A stretch of 64,000 nucleotides of DNA from Desulfobacteraceae bacterium (GTDB lineage Bacteria > Desulfobacterota > DSM-4660 > Desulfatiglandales > Desulfatiglandaceae), in contig JADHXI010000001.1 of assembly GCA_016783065.1 (NCBI GenBank), forward strand, positions 23,610 through 87,609, given 5' to 3'. A program made the position numbers and the translations under genes. The number at the start of each line of letters is the position of its first letter. Position 1 is the first letter of the stretch. Of this stretch, positions 9,139 through 18,109 are shown piece by piece. The notes under the pieces were generated by a model. It did no database searches and was not told the DNA's origin. It saw nothing but the letters and a program-made list of their open reading frames with translations.

Positions 9139-9660
9139 ATGGATGGACTAGGAATTATTGCAGAACTCATGGCTGTAGCTGCCCGTACCGCTCCCAAGAG
9201 CGGAGGGATTGACGACATTGAAATCAAGATTGTGGACGGCCCTGATTTAGCCAAACTTGGAGATGAGATGGTCGCATACGGTGAGCGCAACGGTTTAAAG
9301 AACTTTGATCGTGATGGGGGAAATGTGAAGGCCTCGGGGGCCGTTGTCCTCATTGGTGTGAAAACTGCCAAACCCGGGGGGCTCAACTGTGGTGCATGCG
9401 GGTATTCCGATTGTAAGGGCTTGACGAGCGCCCCACAGGCCGATGTTCAGTTCGCCGGCCCGAACTGTGCATATAAGCTGCTGGATTTGGGTATTGCCCT
9501 TGGCTCGGCGGTGAAGACAGCTTCTCTTATGAACGCAGACAACCGTATTATGTATCGTATTGGCGCCGTTGCCCGGGAAATGAAACTGATGGATGCCGCC
9601 GTAATCATGGGTATCCCCCTCGCTTCGACGGGAAAAAACATCTTTTTCGATCGCAAGTAA
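9139..9660 (+). CDS. DUF2148 ferredoxin-domain protein
   Basis: AAGGAGG SD before ATG 9139. AARTAPKSGG and the NCGACGYSDC Cys cluster. The upstream part of the 236-aa ORF overlaps the previous gene and is discarded. Confidence 0.7.
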   Translation: MDGLGIIAELMAVAARTAPKSGGIDDIEIKIVDGPDLAKLGDEMVAYGERNGLKNFDRDGGNVKASGAVVLIGVKTAKPGGLNCGACGYSDCKGLTSAPQADVQFAGPNCAYKLLDLGIALGSAVKTASLMNADNRIMYRIGAVAREMKLMDAAVIMGIPLASTGKNIFFDRK

Positions 9661-9727
9661 AGGTACAGCAGGAACAGGGTCTCAAAAATGTGAGGTATGG
9701 CTGGGGCGGCGGGTATCTCTTTCGGAG

Positions 9728-9939
9728 GTCCCCCGGACTGGCCTCAGGACCGTGGATGGGACGTTAAAAAGTGGCGATGCCTTGGGAGTGGACCTGTTTA
9801 CTAATCGGAAGTGTGTTCTTTTTGGAAAACAGGCTTCTGAAGAGGAGAGGTGGCCGAGGCAGCTGTCTGGCTCTGCTCAGAGGCAGGGTCCTATGTTACA
9901 GGTCACAGCATGGTGGTTGATGGTGGTAAGATAGCATAG
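9728..9939 (+). pseudogene. frameshifted C-terminal remnant of a short-chain dehydrogenase (SDR)
   Basis: The terminal frame reads EVAEAAVWLCSEAGSYVTGHSMVVDGGKIA*, the classic SDR C-terminus. The upstream part (..LFGKQASEEE) is in another frame. No N-terminal Rossmann part is present. Confidence 0.45.
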
Positions 9940-10045
9940 TGGTCTGTCTGAAGAGTAGCAGACAAGCCGGGAAAAGGGTCCCATAGTCATACTATAGACC
10001 CTAAGCTAAAGTTTTTGGAAACGATTTGAAAGGAGAAACGGAAAT

Positions 10046-10645
10046 ATGACAGGAACTGACGAGAAAGGCAAGGAATTGATGAACGGATACGTGGGAGTCA
10101 AGTTTGATGCAATCAAACTTGATGAGGAGTTGCCTCATGGCTTTGATGAGATTTTTCCGCTTTTCAAAGAATGTGCGGATCTCGCAAGTAAACACAGCAT
10201 GGTCCCTCAAAATGCCGGCAATTTCAGTATGAGGTTCGCTGATGGGATGGCCATTACGGCCTCGGGTGCAAATCTGGAAGTCCTTGAAGAGGAAGAAGTC
10301 ATATTTGTTAGAGAGTGTTCGGTTGAGGCGTTGAAGGTCACGTATATTGGTGAGAGAAAACCCTCCGCTGAAACACTTCTTCACTACTTGATACTCCAGT
10401 GCAGGCCCGATGCGAATGCATTGGTTCACGTCCACAATATTCCTTCATCAGAGGTGCTGGCTGGGAAAGTCAGGGAAACCCCTAAGGAAGAACCTTACGG
10501 ATCACTGGCTTTGGCAAAAATAACGTGTGATACCCTTGGAAAGGATCAGGGCCCCATCGTGATGAAAAACCATGGGTATGCGGCAGTGGGATCAGATTTG
10601 ATGGAGGCTGCCCAATTGATTGTTGAAACGCACCTGAAGCTTTAG
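10046..10645 (+). CDS. class II aldolase/adducin N-terminal domain protein
   Basis: GAAAGGAG SD. ITASGANL, ALVHVHN metal-His block and MKNHGYAAVG are typical of the fold (aldolase or 4-epimerase type). Confidence 0.7.
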   Translation: MTGTDEKGKELMNGYVGVKFDAIKLDEELPHGFDEIFPLFKECADLASKHSMVPQNAGNFSMRFADGMAITASGANLEVLEEEEVIFVRECSVEALKVTYIGERKPSAETLLHYLILQCRPDANALVHVHNIPSSEVLAGKVRETPKEEPYGSLALAKITCDTLGKDQGPIVMKNHGYAAVGSDLMEAAQLIVETHLKL

Positions 10646-10688
10646 GGCGGGGGCAGAAAAAAGTTTTTCTCTGTATTCGCAACAGTTT

Positions 10689-10727
10689 TATGATGGGAAG
10701 CACGCACTGAGCGCCCTTCCCATCATA
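10689..10727. terminator. bidirectional hairpin between convergent genes
   Basis: Perfect 12-bp stem TATGATGGGAAG / CTTCCCATCATA with a 15-nt loop. It sits between the stop at 10645 (+) and the stop at 10739 (-). A T-rich tail follows on the + strand. Confidence 0.5.
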
Positions 10728-10738
10728 CATTTATTCTA

Positions 10739-12463
10739 CTATTTCCATTTCTCGACTAATTCTTCATATTTCATGGTTTTGGGTTTTTCTCTTTCCTTTA
10801 TTTCAGGCCATGGTGCTCCCGGATTCTTGGATTTGTCCAGCCAGAACTCCTTTGGCATTATAGGATTGAGAACGGGATTGTAGTTGGGAAGTCTCATCTT
10901 GCCCATGAGAACGTCCATGTCCTCGGCCAGGTTGTTCATCGCCTCCTCAGCGGTGATGTCACCGTTAAGGGCCGGCCCAATGTTCTTCCACCATTGTTCC
11001 GCCAGTAGCGGGTAGTGCGGCACATTTACGCCGGAGTCCGTGTACAGTTTTTCATATTTGGATCGGTAAAACTCGATAACACCACCCCATTTTCCCATCC
11101 GCTCTGACACGTAGGGATGGAATATACTGGATTTCCGGATGGGTCCGTTACCATAGAGGAACTTTTTGAGTTGAACGGTTTTGGAGACGCAAAACTGGGC
11201 CCAGAGCCATGCTGCATCACGATTCTTGCCTTTTACGTTCTTGGGAATCGTCCATGCGCCGCAGTCCTGATATCCCACCTTCATTCCTTCCTGCCAGTAC
11301 TTCCCGTGGGGAACAGGGGCTACCCGCCAGTTGAGGTTCCCCGCAGCATCGACCATGGGAGGCTTATGAAATCCAGGGTCCCAGAGCCCAACGATATAGT
11401 AAAAACAGAATTGAGCAATGTCACCGCCCTTGGCATAACCAAGCATCTCCGTGGCGCTTACGGAGTAAACGCTGGGGGGCGCATATTTCTTTGCCCAGGT
11501 GAGATATTTGTCTAAGGCATAAATGGACGCGGGGCTGTTTACGGCCCCACCCCGCTCCACAGAAGCGCCGACGGGAATGCGTTGTTCGTTGACGCGGATT
11601 CCCCAGTCATCAACGGGAAAGCCATTGGGAAGACCTTTGTCAGAAGCGCCTGCAATGGAGAGCCATGCGTCGGTAAAGCGCCAGCCAAGGTCCGGTCCCT
11701 TTTTCGCGAAATCAAAGTGACCCCATCGTTTCTTTCCGTCAATAACCCGGCCTGTAAAAAATTCCGCAATGTCTTCATAGGCAGACCAATTCAGCGGTAC
11801 AGCCAACTCGTAGCCGTACTTTTTCTTGAAGGCTGCCTTCAGGTCCGGCCTGTTGAACCAGTCATGACGGTACCAGTAAAGCGCAGAAAACTGCTGGTCC
11901 GGAAGCTGTAGTTGATTTCCATCGTAATCCTGGCCGAATTCCAGATTTAGAAAATCGTCCAGATCGAGGTAGGGATCGGTAACAGCCTTCCCCTCCCCAG
12001 CCATATATTCGGTCAGATTGACGATAGCACCCGAACGCAAATGCCACCCAACAAGGTCAGCATCATTGATGAAAACGTCATAGAGTTTTCGTCTGGTTTG
12101 CACCTGTCGCGCGATACGGTCGACCACATCACCTTCGCCAATGAGGTCGTGTTTCGCGGTAATGCCCGTAATTTCCTGGAAGGCCTTTGTGAGGATATCA
12201 TGTTCAAAGACATGGGGAGCTATGGTCTCTGAGCAAGAGGTGATTGTCATGCCACGGTAGGGTTTGGCTGCTTCGGCGAACCATTCCAATTCCTTCCTTT
12301 GCTCTTCTTTACTGAAGGCCGACGGCTGGAACTCATTGATCCATTTTTCGATGGCCGCTGCGGTTTTTTCATCAACAGCCGCTTCTACGGGAGAAAGAAA
12401 ACACGCAAAAGCAAGGCCCAAAATGATAAAACACGCACCGACAGATAGCATCTTTTTTGTCAT
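10739..12463 (-). CDS. ABC transporter substrate-binding protein (large CUT1/glycerol-type SBP, Sec signal)
   Basis: AAAGGAGG SD. Signal peptide MTKKMLSVGACFIILGLAFACFLSPVEA. It is the last gene of the ABC operon. Confidence 0.8.
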   Translation of the reverse strand: MTKKMLSVGACFIILGLAFACFLSPVEAAVDEKTAAAIEKWINEFQPSAFSKEEQRKELEWFAEAAKPYRGMTITSCSETIAPHVFEHDILTKAFQEITGITAKHDLIGEGDVVDRIARQVQTRRKLYDVFINDADLVGWHLRSGAIVNLTEYMAGEGKAVTDPYLDLDDFLNLEFGQDYDGNQLQLPDQQFSALYWYRHDWFNRPDLKAAFKKKYGYELAVPLNWSAYEDIAEFFTGRVIDGKKRWGHFDFAKKGPDLGWRFTDAWLSIAGASDKGLPNGFPVDDWGIRVNEQRIPVGASVERGGAVNSPASIYALDKYLTWAKKYAPPSVYSVSATEMLGYAKGGDIAQFCFYYIVGLWDPGFHKPPMVDAAGNLNWRVAPVPHGKYWQEGMKVGYQDCGAWTIPKNVKGKNRDAAWLWAQFCVSKTVQLKKFLYGNGPIRKSSIFHPYVSERMGKWGGVIEFYRSKYEKLYTDSGVNVPHYPLLAEQWWKNIGPALNGDITAEEAMNNLAEDMDVLMGKMRLPNYNPVLNPIMPKEFWLDKSKNPGAPWPEIKEREKPKTMKYEELVEKWK

Positions 12464-12636
12464 CTTTATCCTCCTTTGTTATTTGGCAAGATCGATTAGC
12501 GACGAATACCTTTCACCACACGCTTCATTCGGTACGGACAGCAATCAGTCGTTTTCACCTCCTTTCCTTTAAAAAATAAGCTTTGTCTCGGGCCTGATGT
12601 CTCATTCACCAGTTTGCATTCAAATCCGCTGTTTGG

Positions 12637-12933
12637 TTATCCCCATTTTGCCAGGACAAAAAACCAAACAGCTGCTATGACCAGCGGTAAGATCATGAGG
12701 ACGCCTTTAAACAGGCCGATCCAAAGCATGCAGATGCCTATGGTCGATATAATTCCAAGAAAGAGCCGGTCGCCACGTGTAGTCACCATTGGGAGAAACC
12801 CCTTACGGCGCACACAGGGCCGGTACCCTTCCCAGATACTCATACCAATAAGGGTAAAGAAAAGCGCCAAAAAAAAGATTGCACTCGGAAGGCTCCACTG
12901 CATCCATCTGACTTGTTCTTCCAGCCATTCCAT
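12637..12933 (-). CDS. DUF2160 small integral membrane protein (ABC-transporter accessory)
   Basis: GGGGAGGG SD. 98 aa with predicted TM helices. The TTRGDRLF motif matches my recollection of DUF2160 proteins. It starts 3 nt after the permease stop. Confidence 0.7.
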   Translation of the reverse strand: MEWLEEQVRWMQWSLPSAIFFLALFFTLIGMSIWEGYRPCVRRKGFLPMVTTRGDRLFLGIISTIGICMLWIGLFKGVLMILPLVIAAVWFFVLAKWG

Positions 12934-12936
12934 TGC

Positions 12937-13737
12937 TCACACCCTCCCCAAGGAAAAGCCTTTTGCCAAATAATGTCTCACAAAATAGACAACGAAAATA
13001 CCCGGGAGAATCATCACCACGGTCAGGGCCGACATCAATCCCCAGCGGGTCCCTTCAACGGCCTGCTGGGCCACCGCGATGGTTACCACCATGGGTTTGG
13101 CAAGGGGACCCGTCAGTGTTTTGGCGATGATCATCTCCACCCAGGAGAAGGTGAAGACAAAAAAGGCGGCGACCCCAATCCCGGGGGCGATCAGCGGAAA
13201 GAAAACTTTGCGAAAAAAACGGAAGAAGCTGAAACCGTCGATGAAGGCCGTTTCATCGATCTCTTTTGGAATGGCGGACATGAAGCCTTCAAGGATCCAG
13301 ACGGCCAACGGAATATTAAAAAGGCAGTGGGCGAGGGCCACCCCCAGATGCGTGTCGAAAAGCTTGAGGGTAAAATAGAGTTCTGTAAACGGGATCATGA
13401 ATATCGCTGCAGGCGCCATACGGTTTGTAAGCAGCCAGAAAAAGAGGTGGTTGCTTCCGCGGAATTTCCACCGTGAAAAAGCATAGGCCCCGGGGATTGC
13501 GGCAAGAAGTGTGATGACCACGTTCAGACACACATAAATGATAGAATTGATGAGGCTGTCCGTCCATATGGGATTGGTGAATATTTCGATATAATTAGCA
13601 AATGTGATCTCTTTTGGAAAGAACGTGGTCATGGTAAAGATCTCATTTTCGGTCTTGAGAGAGTTTACGATCATCCAGTAAATGGGGAACATAAGGAGTA
13701 TGTAGAAACAGACAAGGAAGATGATTCTTTTTTTCAT
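12937..13737 (-). CDS. ABC transporter permease (MalG/UgpE-like)
   Basis: EAA-loop ETAFIDGFSFFRFFRKVFFPLIAPG. ATGA overlap with the upstream permease. Confidence 0.85.
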   Translation of the reverse strand: MKKRIIFLVCFYILLMFPIYWMIVNSLKTENEIFTMTTFFPKEITFANYIEIFTNPIWTDSLINSIIYVCLNVVITLLAAIPGAYAFSRWKFRGSNHLFFWLLTNRMAPAAIFMIPFTELYFTLKLFDTHLGVALAHCLFNIPLAVWILEGFMSAIPKEIDETAFIDGFSFFRFFRKVFFPLIAPGIGVAAFFVFTFSWVEMIIAKTLTGPLAKPMVVTIAVAQQAVEGTRWGLMSALTVVMILPGIFVVYFVRHYLAKGFSLGRV

Positions 13738-14594
13738 CGCTTTATTCCTTTCCCCAGGTTGGTCATTATGGTGTAGAAAATAAAACAGCAGACTACCACA
13801 ATGTACAGATAGGCGATTGATGCGGCCCCTGCATAGCCCAATTCGTAAGATTCGGCCTTTCTTGCAACGTATTGATTGAGATAGGTGTTCCAGTTGCCAG
13901 GTCCACCTCCCGATATGATGAAGGGTTCTGCATAGATCATGAAGGAGTCCATAAAGCGCAGCAATAGTGCAATAATCAAGACGGCTCGCAGCTTGGGCAG
14001 GGTGACATACCTGAAGGTCTTCCAGGCCGAAGCGCCATCGATGGCCGCAGCCTGATAGAATTGATCAGGGATTGCCACCAATCCGGCATAGGAAAGCAAA
14101 ACCACCAGTGGAGTCCAGTGCCACACATCCAGGAAAAAAATCGTAAGGACTGCATCCACGGGGTTTTGCGTGACCCGGTATGAATAATCAAATACATAGG
14201 AGAAAATCTTACTTATTATCCCCACCTCGTACACCGTCATGATCCGCCATAGGAGCCCCACCACCGTGTGCGGTATCAGCAGCGGAATTCCCAATAAGAC
14301 CAGGCACACCACTACTGATTTGCCACTCTTTGGCAGTTGCATGGCAATGAGGATTCCCAAGGGAATCTGGACCAGCAGAACACAAAAACTGAATAGGAAC
14401 TGACGTCTGAGAGCGCCCAGGAAGTCAGGATCGGTGAATACTTCAATGTAGTTATTAAGACCCGCGAATTCCGGTGCGGAACCAGCGAAACTGTAATGCA
14501 GCGAATAATTGATGACCGCCATAATGGGGACAAGCGCGTTCAAAGCCACAAGCAACAAGACGGGTGCAACGAAAAGCCAGGCTCTGTTCTTCAT
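13734..14594 (-). CDS. ABC transporter permease (MalF/UgpA-like)
   Basis: EAA-loop QAAAIDGASAWKTFRYVTLP. Multi-TM hydrophobic profile. Confidence 0.85.
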   Translation of the reverse strand: MKNRAWLFVAPVLLLVALNALVPIMAVINYSLHYSFAGSAPEFAGLNNYIEVFTDPDFLGALRRQFLFSFCVLLVQIPLGILIAMQLPKSGKSVVVCLVLLGIPLLIPHTVVGLLWRIMTVYEVGIISKIFSYVFDYSYRVTQNPVDAVLTIFFLDVWHWTPLVVLLSYAGLVAIPDQFYQAAAIDGASAWKTFRYVTLPKLRAVLIIALLLRFMDSFMIYAEPFIISGGGPGNWNTYLNQYVARKAESYELGYAGAASIAYLYIVVVCCFIFYTIMTNLGKGIKR

Positions 14595-14709
14595 TCACGT
14601 TACCTCCTGGAAATCTCCCTGCCCGATTACTCTCACGGTCCTTGAACCGGACAGTCTTTTTAACCCTGAAGCCGTTTGTTGAATCAGGTGTCTGAATTCG
14701 CGCCGTGAA

Positions 14710-15837
14710 TCAGACCAATCTCACATCCTTGTGGAAGATTCTCGACTTGTCTTCCGGAAAATTTACCCAAACGTGATCCTCCTCAGACACGTTCATGTCT
14801 TCTGGAGCGCGGCTCTTTATCTCAACGTCATTTGAGTTCAAGGTCAAGATTTTGTAAGGCCCCAGACTTTCGATGGCTGTTACCGTGAAAGGATGCCACT
14901 TCTCTTTTCTGGGCGCGCTTATTTGAACGAATTCAGGTCGAATTCCAAACTGAAAGCTGGATCCGTGGGTCAGAGCGAGTTTGGATCTGATTGCTTCAGA
15001 AATAGGTATGACAATATTTCCTGACTGCAGCCCTGCATCCGTAAGGACGCAGTCAAACAAATTCATCCCGGGAGTGCCGATAAAATACCCGATGAAAGGG
15101 CTGTTGGGATCAGCGTACAATTGCTCCGGCGACCCCGTTTGAACCAGTTGACCCTCCTTAACAACCGTAACGTGATCGGCAAAGGTCAATGCCTCGTGCT
15201 GATCGTGCGTTACGTAAATCATGGTGATCCTAAGTTCCTTCTGGACTTCCCTGAGTTTCCTTCGAAGCCCCCACTTCTCTTTGGGATCAATGACCGTCAA
15301 AGGCTCATCAAGCAGAATGGCTGCCGTGTCCTCTCTCACGATTCCCCTTCCCAGGGAAACTTTCTGCTTTTCAGCAGGGGTGAGGGATCCTATAGGGGCC
15401 TTTAACTTGTCATCCAGATCCAGCATTTCGGCGATGGTCTCGATTCTTCTGCGGATATCTTTTTTTGATACCCCTCGGTTTTCGAGGGGAAATTCCAGAT
15501 TGCCGTAAACATTCATGGTGTCATAAACCACGGGGAACTGGAAGACCTGTGCCACATGCCTTTCTTTGGGCATATAGCCTGTGACGTTCTTGTCGTTGAA
15601 TAGGACGGTTCCGTTTGTGGGTCTCAGCAGGCCTGAGATGATGTTCAGAATCGTTGTTTTGCCACACCCAGAGGGGCCAAGCAGTGCATTGGCCGTACCA
15701 TCTTCCCATAAAAGGTCCAGGTCTTCGACCACAAAACCCTCTGTTCCCACACACTCGTCCGGAATGGACATTTTCTCCGCATCCTTTTGGGAAAAGGTAT
15801 AGGAGTGGTAAATGGACTTCAATGCTATTCTTGCCAT
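14710..15837 (-). CDS. ABC transporter ATP-binding protein (second NBD of a two-ATPase system)
   Basis: Walker A GPSGCGKTT and a C-terminal MalK-like regulatory domain. Start set to ATG 15837 (MARIALKS) with a GGGAGG SD. Confidence 0.85.
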   Translation of the reverse strand: MARIALKSIYHSYTFSQKDAEKMSIPDECVGTEGFVVEDLDLLWEDGTANALLGPSGCGKTTILNIISGLLRPTNGTVLFNDKNVTGYMPKERHVAQVFQFPVVYDTMNVYGNLEFPLENRGVSKKDIRRRIETIAEMLDLDDKLKAPIGSLTPAEKQKVSLGRGIVREDTAAILLDEPLTVIDPKEKWGLRRKLREVQKELRITMIYVTHDQHEALTFADHVTVVKEGQLVQTGSPEQLYADPNSPFIGYFIGTPGMNLFDCVLTDAGLQSGNIVIPISEAIRSKLALTHGSSFQFGIRPEFVQISAPRKEKWHPFTVTAIESLGPYKILTLNSNDVEIKSRAPEDMNVSEEDHVWVNFPEDKSRIFHKDVRLV

Positions 15838-15882
15838 GATGGCCTCCCGCATGCCCAGGCAGGCTGGGTGTAGTTGCTAATT

Positions 15883-16986
15883 TCAGTCTTGATGCGTCTT
15901 GGCAATTAATCTGCCATCATCTTTGTCATAAACAAAAAACCGACGTGGATTGACATATACCGTTATATCGGTATCAATTGTATAGGTCCCCATCCCCTGG
16001 ACCAGTGCAATCAGGGGAAAACCGTGATGGTGTAAATGTAATTCAGTGTCCGAGCCAACGACCTCCGACAGTTCCACAGTGGCCTGAATGGGAAGGGTGT
16101 AGACACCGCTTTCCACAGTATTGAGCCCATGGGCGCGAATACCTAACAAGTAGCGGTCCTTTATCAAGAGGTCGCGAAATTCATCCACATCTATCATCAA
16201 TTCATCTGAGGCCTTGAAAAAAAGCCTTCCGTCTCGGGTCATTTTTCGGCACTCAAAGATGTTCATGGCTGGATAACTGAAGTAGGCCCCTACCTCGGTG
16301 GAGCAGGGGTTGTGGTAGACGTCGTCCGCCAGCCCGTACTGAATCAATCTCCCCTCATGTAAAAAACCCACGTATGTGGAGAGAGACAAGGCATCCACCG
16401 GTTCGGGTGTTGCAAAGATAACCGCGCCGCGCTGGCGACGTCGGAAAATCTTCTTGAGCTCCAGCCGAAGTTCTTCACGCAATTTATAGTCCAGGTTGGT
16501 CAAAGGTTCATCAAGAAAAATATAATCAGTCTCTTTGACGATGGACCTGGCTATGGCCAGCCGCTGTTGTTGCCCGCCACTGAGTTCTGATGGGTGCTGG
16601 CCGAGAAGCGTCCCAATTTTAAGAAGGTCTGCACACTCCCTGACCCTCTTGTCAATCTCTCCCTTTGTAAGCTTGGCTTTGGATACCCTCAAGGGAGAGG
16701 CAATGTTTTCGTAGACCGTCATGGACGGATAGTTGACAAAATGCTGGTAGACCATGGCGATGTTTCTCTCGCGCACAGTCAGATTTGTCACGTCCTTACC
16801 GTCATAATAGATCTTGCCCTTATCCGGCTTGTCGATTCCGGCCATCACCCGAAGCAAGGTTGTCTTACCATGTCCGGATGCAGCCAGGAAAGTGCAGAAG
16901 TCACCATCTTTAATTTCCAGGGAAACATCATCCAGTGCCGCCTTGCCTTCAAAAAGTCTGGTTACGTTCTCAACGATGATGCCCAT
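15883..16986 (-). CDS. ABC transporter ATP-binding protein (first NBD)
   Basis: Walker A ASGHGKTT, signature LSGGQQQR, Walker B IFLDEP. Start set to ATG 16986 (MGIIVENV) with an AGGAG SD. Confidence 0.85.
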   Translation of the reverse strand: MGIIVENVTRLFEGKAALDDVSLEIKDGDFCTFLAASGHGKTTLLRVMAGIDKPDKGKIYYDGKDVTNLTVRERNIAMVYQHFVNYPSMTVYENIASPLRVSKAKLTKGEIDKRVRECADLLKIGTLLGQHPSELSGGQQQRLAIARSIVKETDYIFLDEPLTNLDYKLREELRLELKKIFRRRQRGAVIFATPEPVDALSLSTYVGFLHEGRLIQYGLADDVYHNPCSTEVGAYFSYPAMNIFECRKMTRDGRLFFKASDELMIDVDEFRDLLIKDRYLLGIRAHGLNTVESGVYTLPIQATVELSEVVGSDTELHLHHHGFPLIALVQGMGTYTIDTDITVYVNPRRFFVYDKDDGRLIAKTHQD

Positions 16987-17199
16987 AAGACCCAACTCCT
17001 GTGGTAACCTTGGAAGAAACTCTCTCGCTTTCGTTTTTGGCAGCCCCCTGACATATGGTATCAGAGCATGTAGTTTATCCGCCTCCACCTCATGATTATG
17101 AAAATGGAAGCGGATTCTTCTGTCAAGCTTTTTTTAGACCACCTATCTTTGGGAAACTGTAACTCCTGGACATGCCTTTTCTATTATTCCATTGATCCA

Positions 17200-17925
17200 C
17201 TAAAAAGGATCGCTGTTTCTCCGCCTGATATAAATCTGGTCTACGGCGACGTGATCGGAAAGAGAGAGCATGAAAATAACGGTCAAAGCTATGTCTTCCG
17301 GTCGAATGAGATCAACCTTCTCAATGTCCGGCCGGGCATATGCAATCAGTTCGGTGTCAACCGATCCAGGAAGAATTGCAGAGACCCGGATATTATGTTT
17401 TTGAGCCTCAATTGAAAGAGCCTTTGTGATCCCCATGATTCCGTGTTTGCTTGCACAGTATGCCGATTGTCTCGGGTATCCTCTGAAGCCTGCGACGCTG
17501 GCGATGTTGATGATATAGCCGTTCTTGTTTGGTATCATTGCCCTCATGGCTCTTTGACAGCAGAGAAATGTCCCGCGCAGATTAACGCTCATGACCTGGT
17601 CAAAATCACCAATTGGGAAATCGACCACCTCTTTGAAAATCCCGGTTCCGGCGTTATTAACAATGATATCCAGTTTATTGAATGTGGTATCAATTTTTTC
17701 GAATAGCAAGTTGACATCCTTTTCATCGGATATGTCCGCCGGTATCAAAATGGCCTTGCCTCCGGCTTGGATAATCTCCTGCTCAACTTCTTCAATCTGT
17801 CTGACAGTTCTCGCACAAACGACGACTTGTGCTCCGGCATCTGCCAGCGCAAGACTAATGCTGCGTCCAATGCCGCGGCCTGCCCCGGTCACAAGGGCTA
17901 TCTTACCATCAAGGCGAGGTGGCAT
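17200..17925 (-). CDS. short-chain dehydrogenase/reductase (SDR), polyol/diol dehydrogenase-like
   Basis: TGAGRGIGR cofactor motif and YCASK catalytic motif. 241 aa. Confidence 0.85.
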   Translation of the reverse strand: MPPRLDGKIALVTGAGRGIGRSISLALADAGAQVVVCARTVRQIEEVEQEIIQAGGKAILIPADISDEKDVNLLFEKIDTTFNKLDIIVNNAGTGIFKEVVDFPIGDFDQVMSVNLRGTFLCCQRAMRAMIPNKNGYIINIASVAGFRGYPRQSAYCASKHGIMGITKALSIEAQKHNIRVSAILPGSVDTELIAYARPDIEKVDLIRPEDIALTVIFMLSLSDHVAVDQIYIRRRNSDPF

Positions 17926-17940
17926 CTTTAACCTACTCAG

Positions 17941-18090
17941 TTAGTGCCTGAACGAAAACCCTGTTCAGGCACGATTTTAGATTTTAGATTTTAGATTAAT
18001 GGAATTAATGGAATCAATTCCAACTAACTAAAACCTCATGATTGATGTTGGGTTCGTTTTCATTTCGAGGTTTTCGTTCGGACACTATTT
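17941..18090. mobile_element. ~150-bp MITE-like element, copy A
   Basis: Left end TTAGTGCCTGAACGAAAAC and right end TTTTCGTTCGGACACTATTTA are imperfect terminal inverted repeats. The same ends and the same 150-bp length recur at 22467-22616. The interior holds a 10-bp perfect hairpin (17944-17972), GATTTTA x3 (17973-17997) and AATGGAAT x2. Confidence 0.5.
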
Positions 18091-18109
18091 ATATGTCCAA
18101 AAGGCCTGA

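Noticed and set aside
12614-13476. Plus-strand ORFs 12614-12973 and 12913-13476 (119 and 187 aa)
   Set aside because: They are antisense to the DUF2160 and permease genes. They are His/Gly/Arg-rich shadow frames with no SD.
17973-18020. Tandem GATTTTA x3 and AATGGAAT x2 as a CRISPR or other array
   Set aside because: The repeats are 7-9 nt with no spacers, there are only 2-3 units, and they sit inside a MITE-like element. This is not CRISPR-like.
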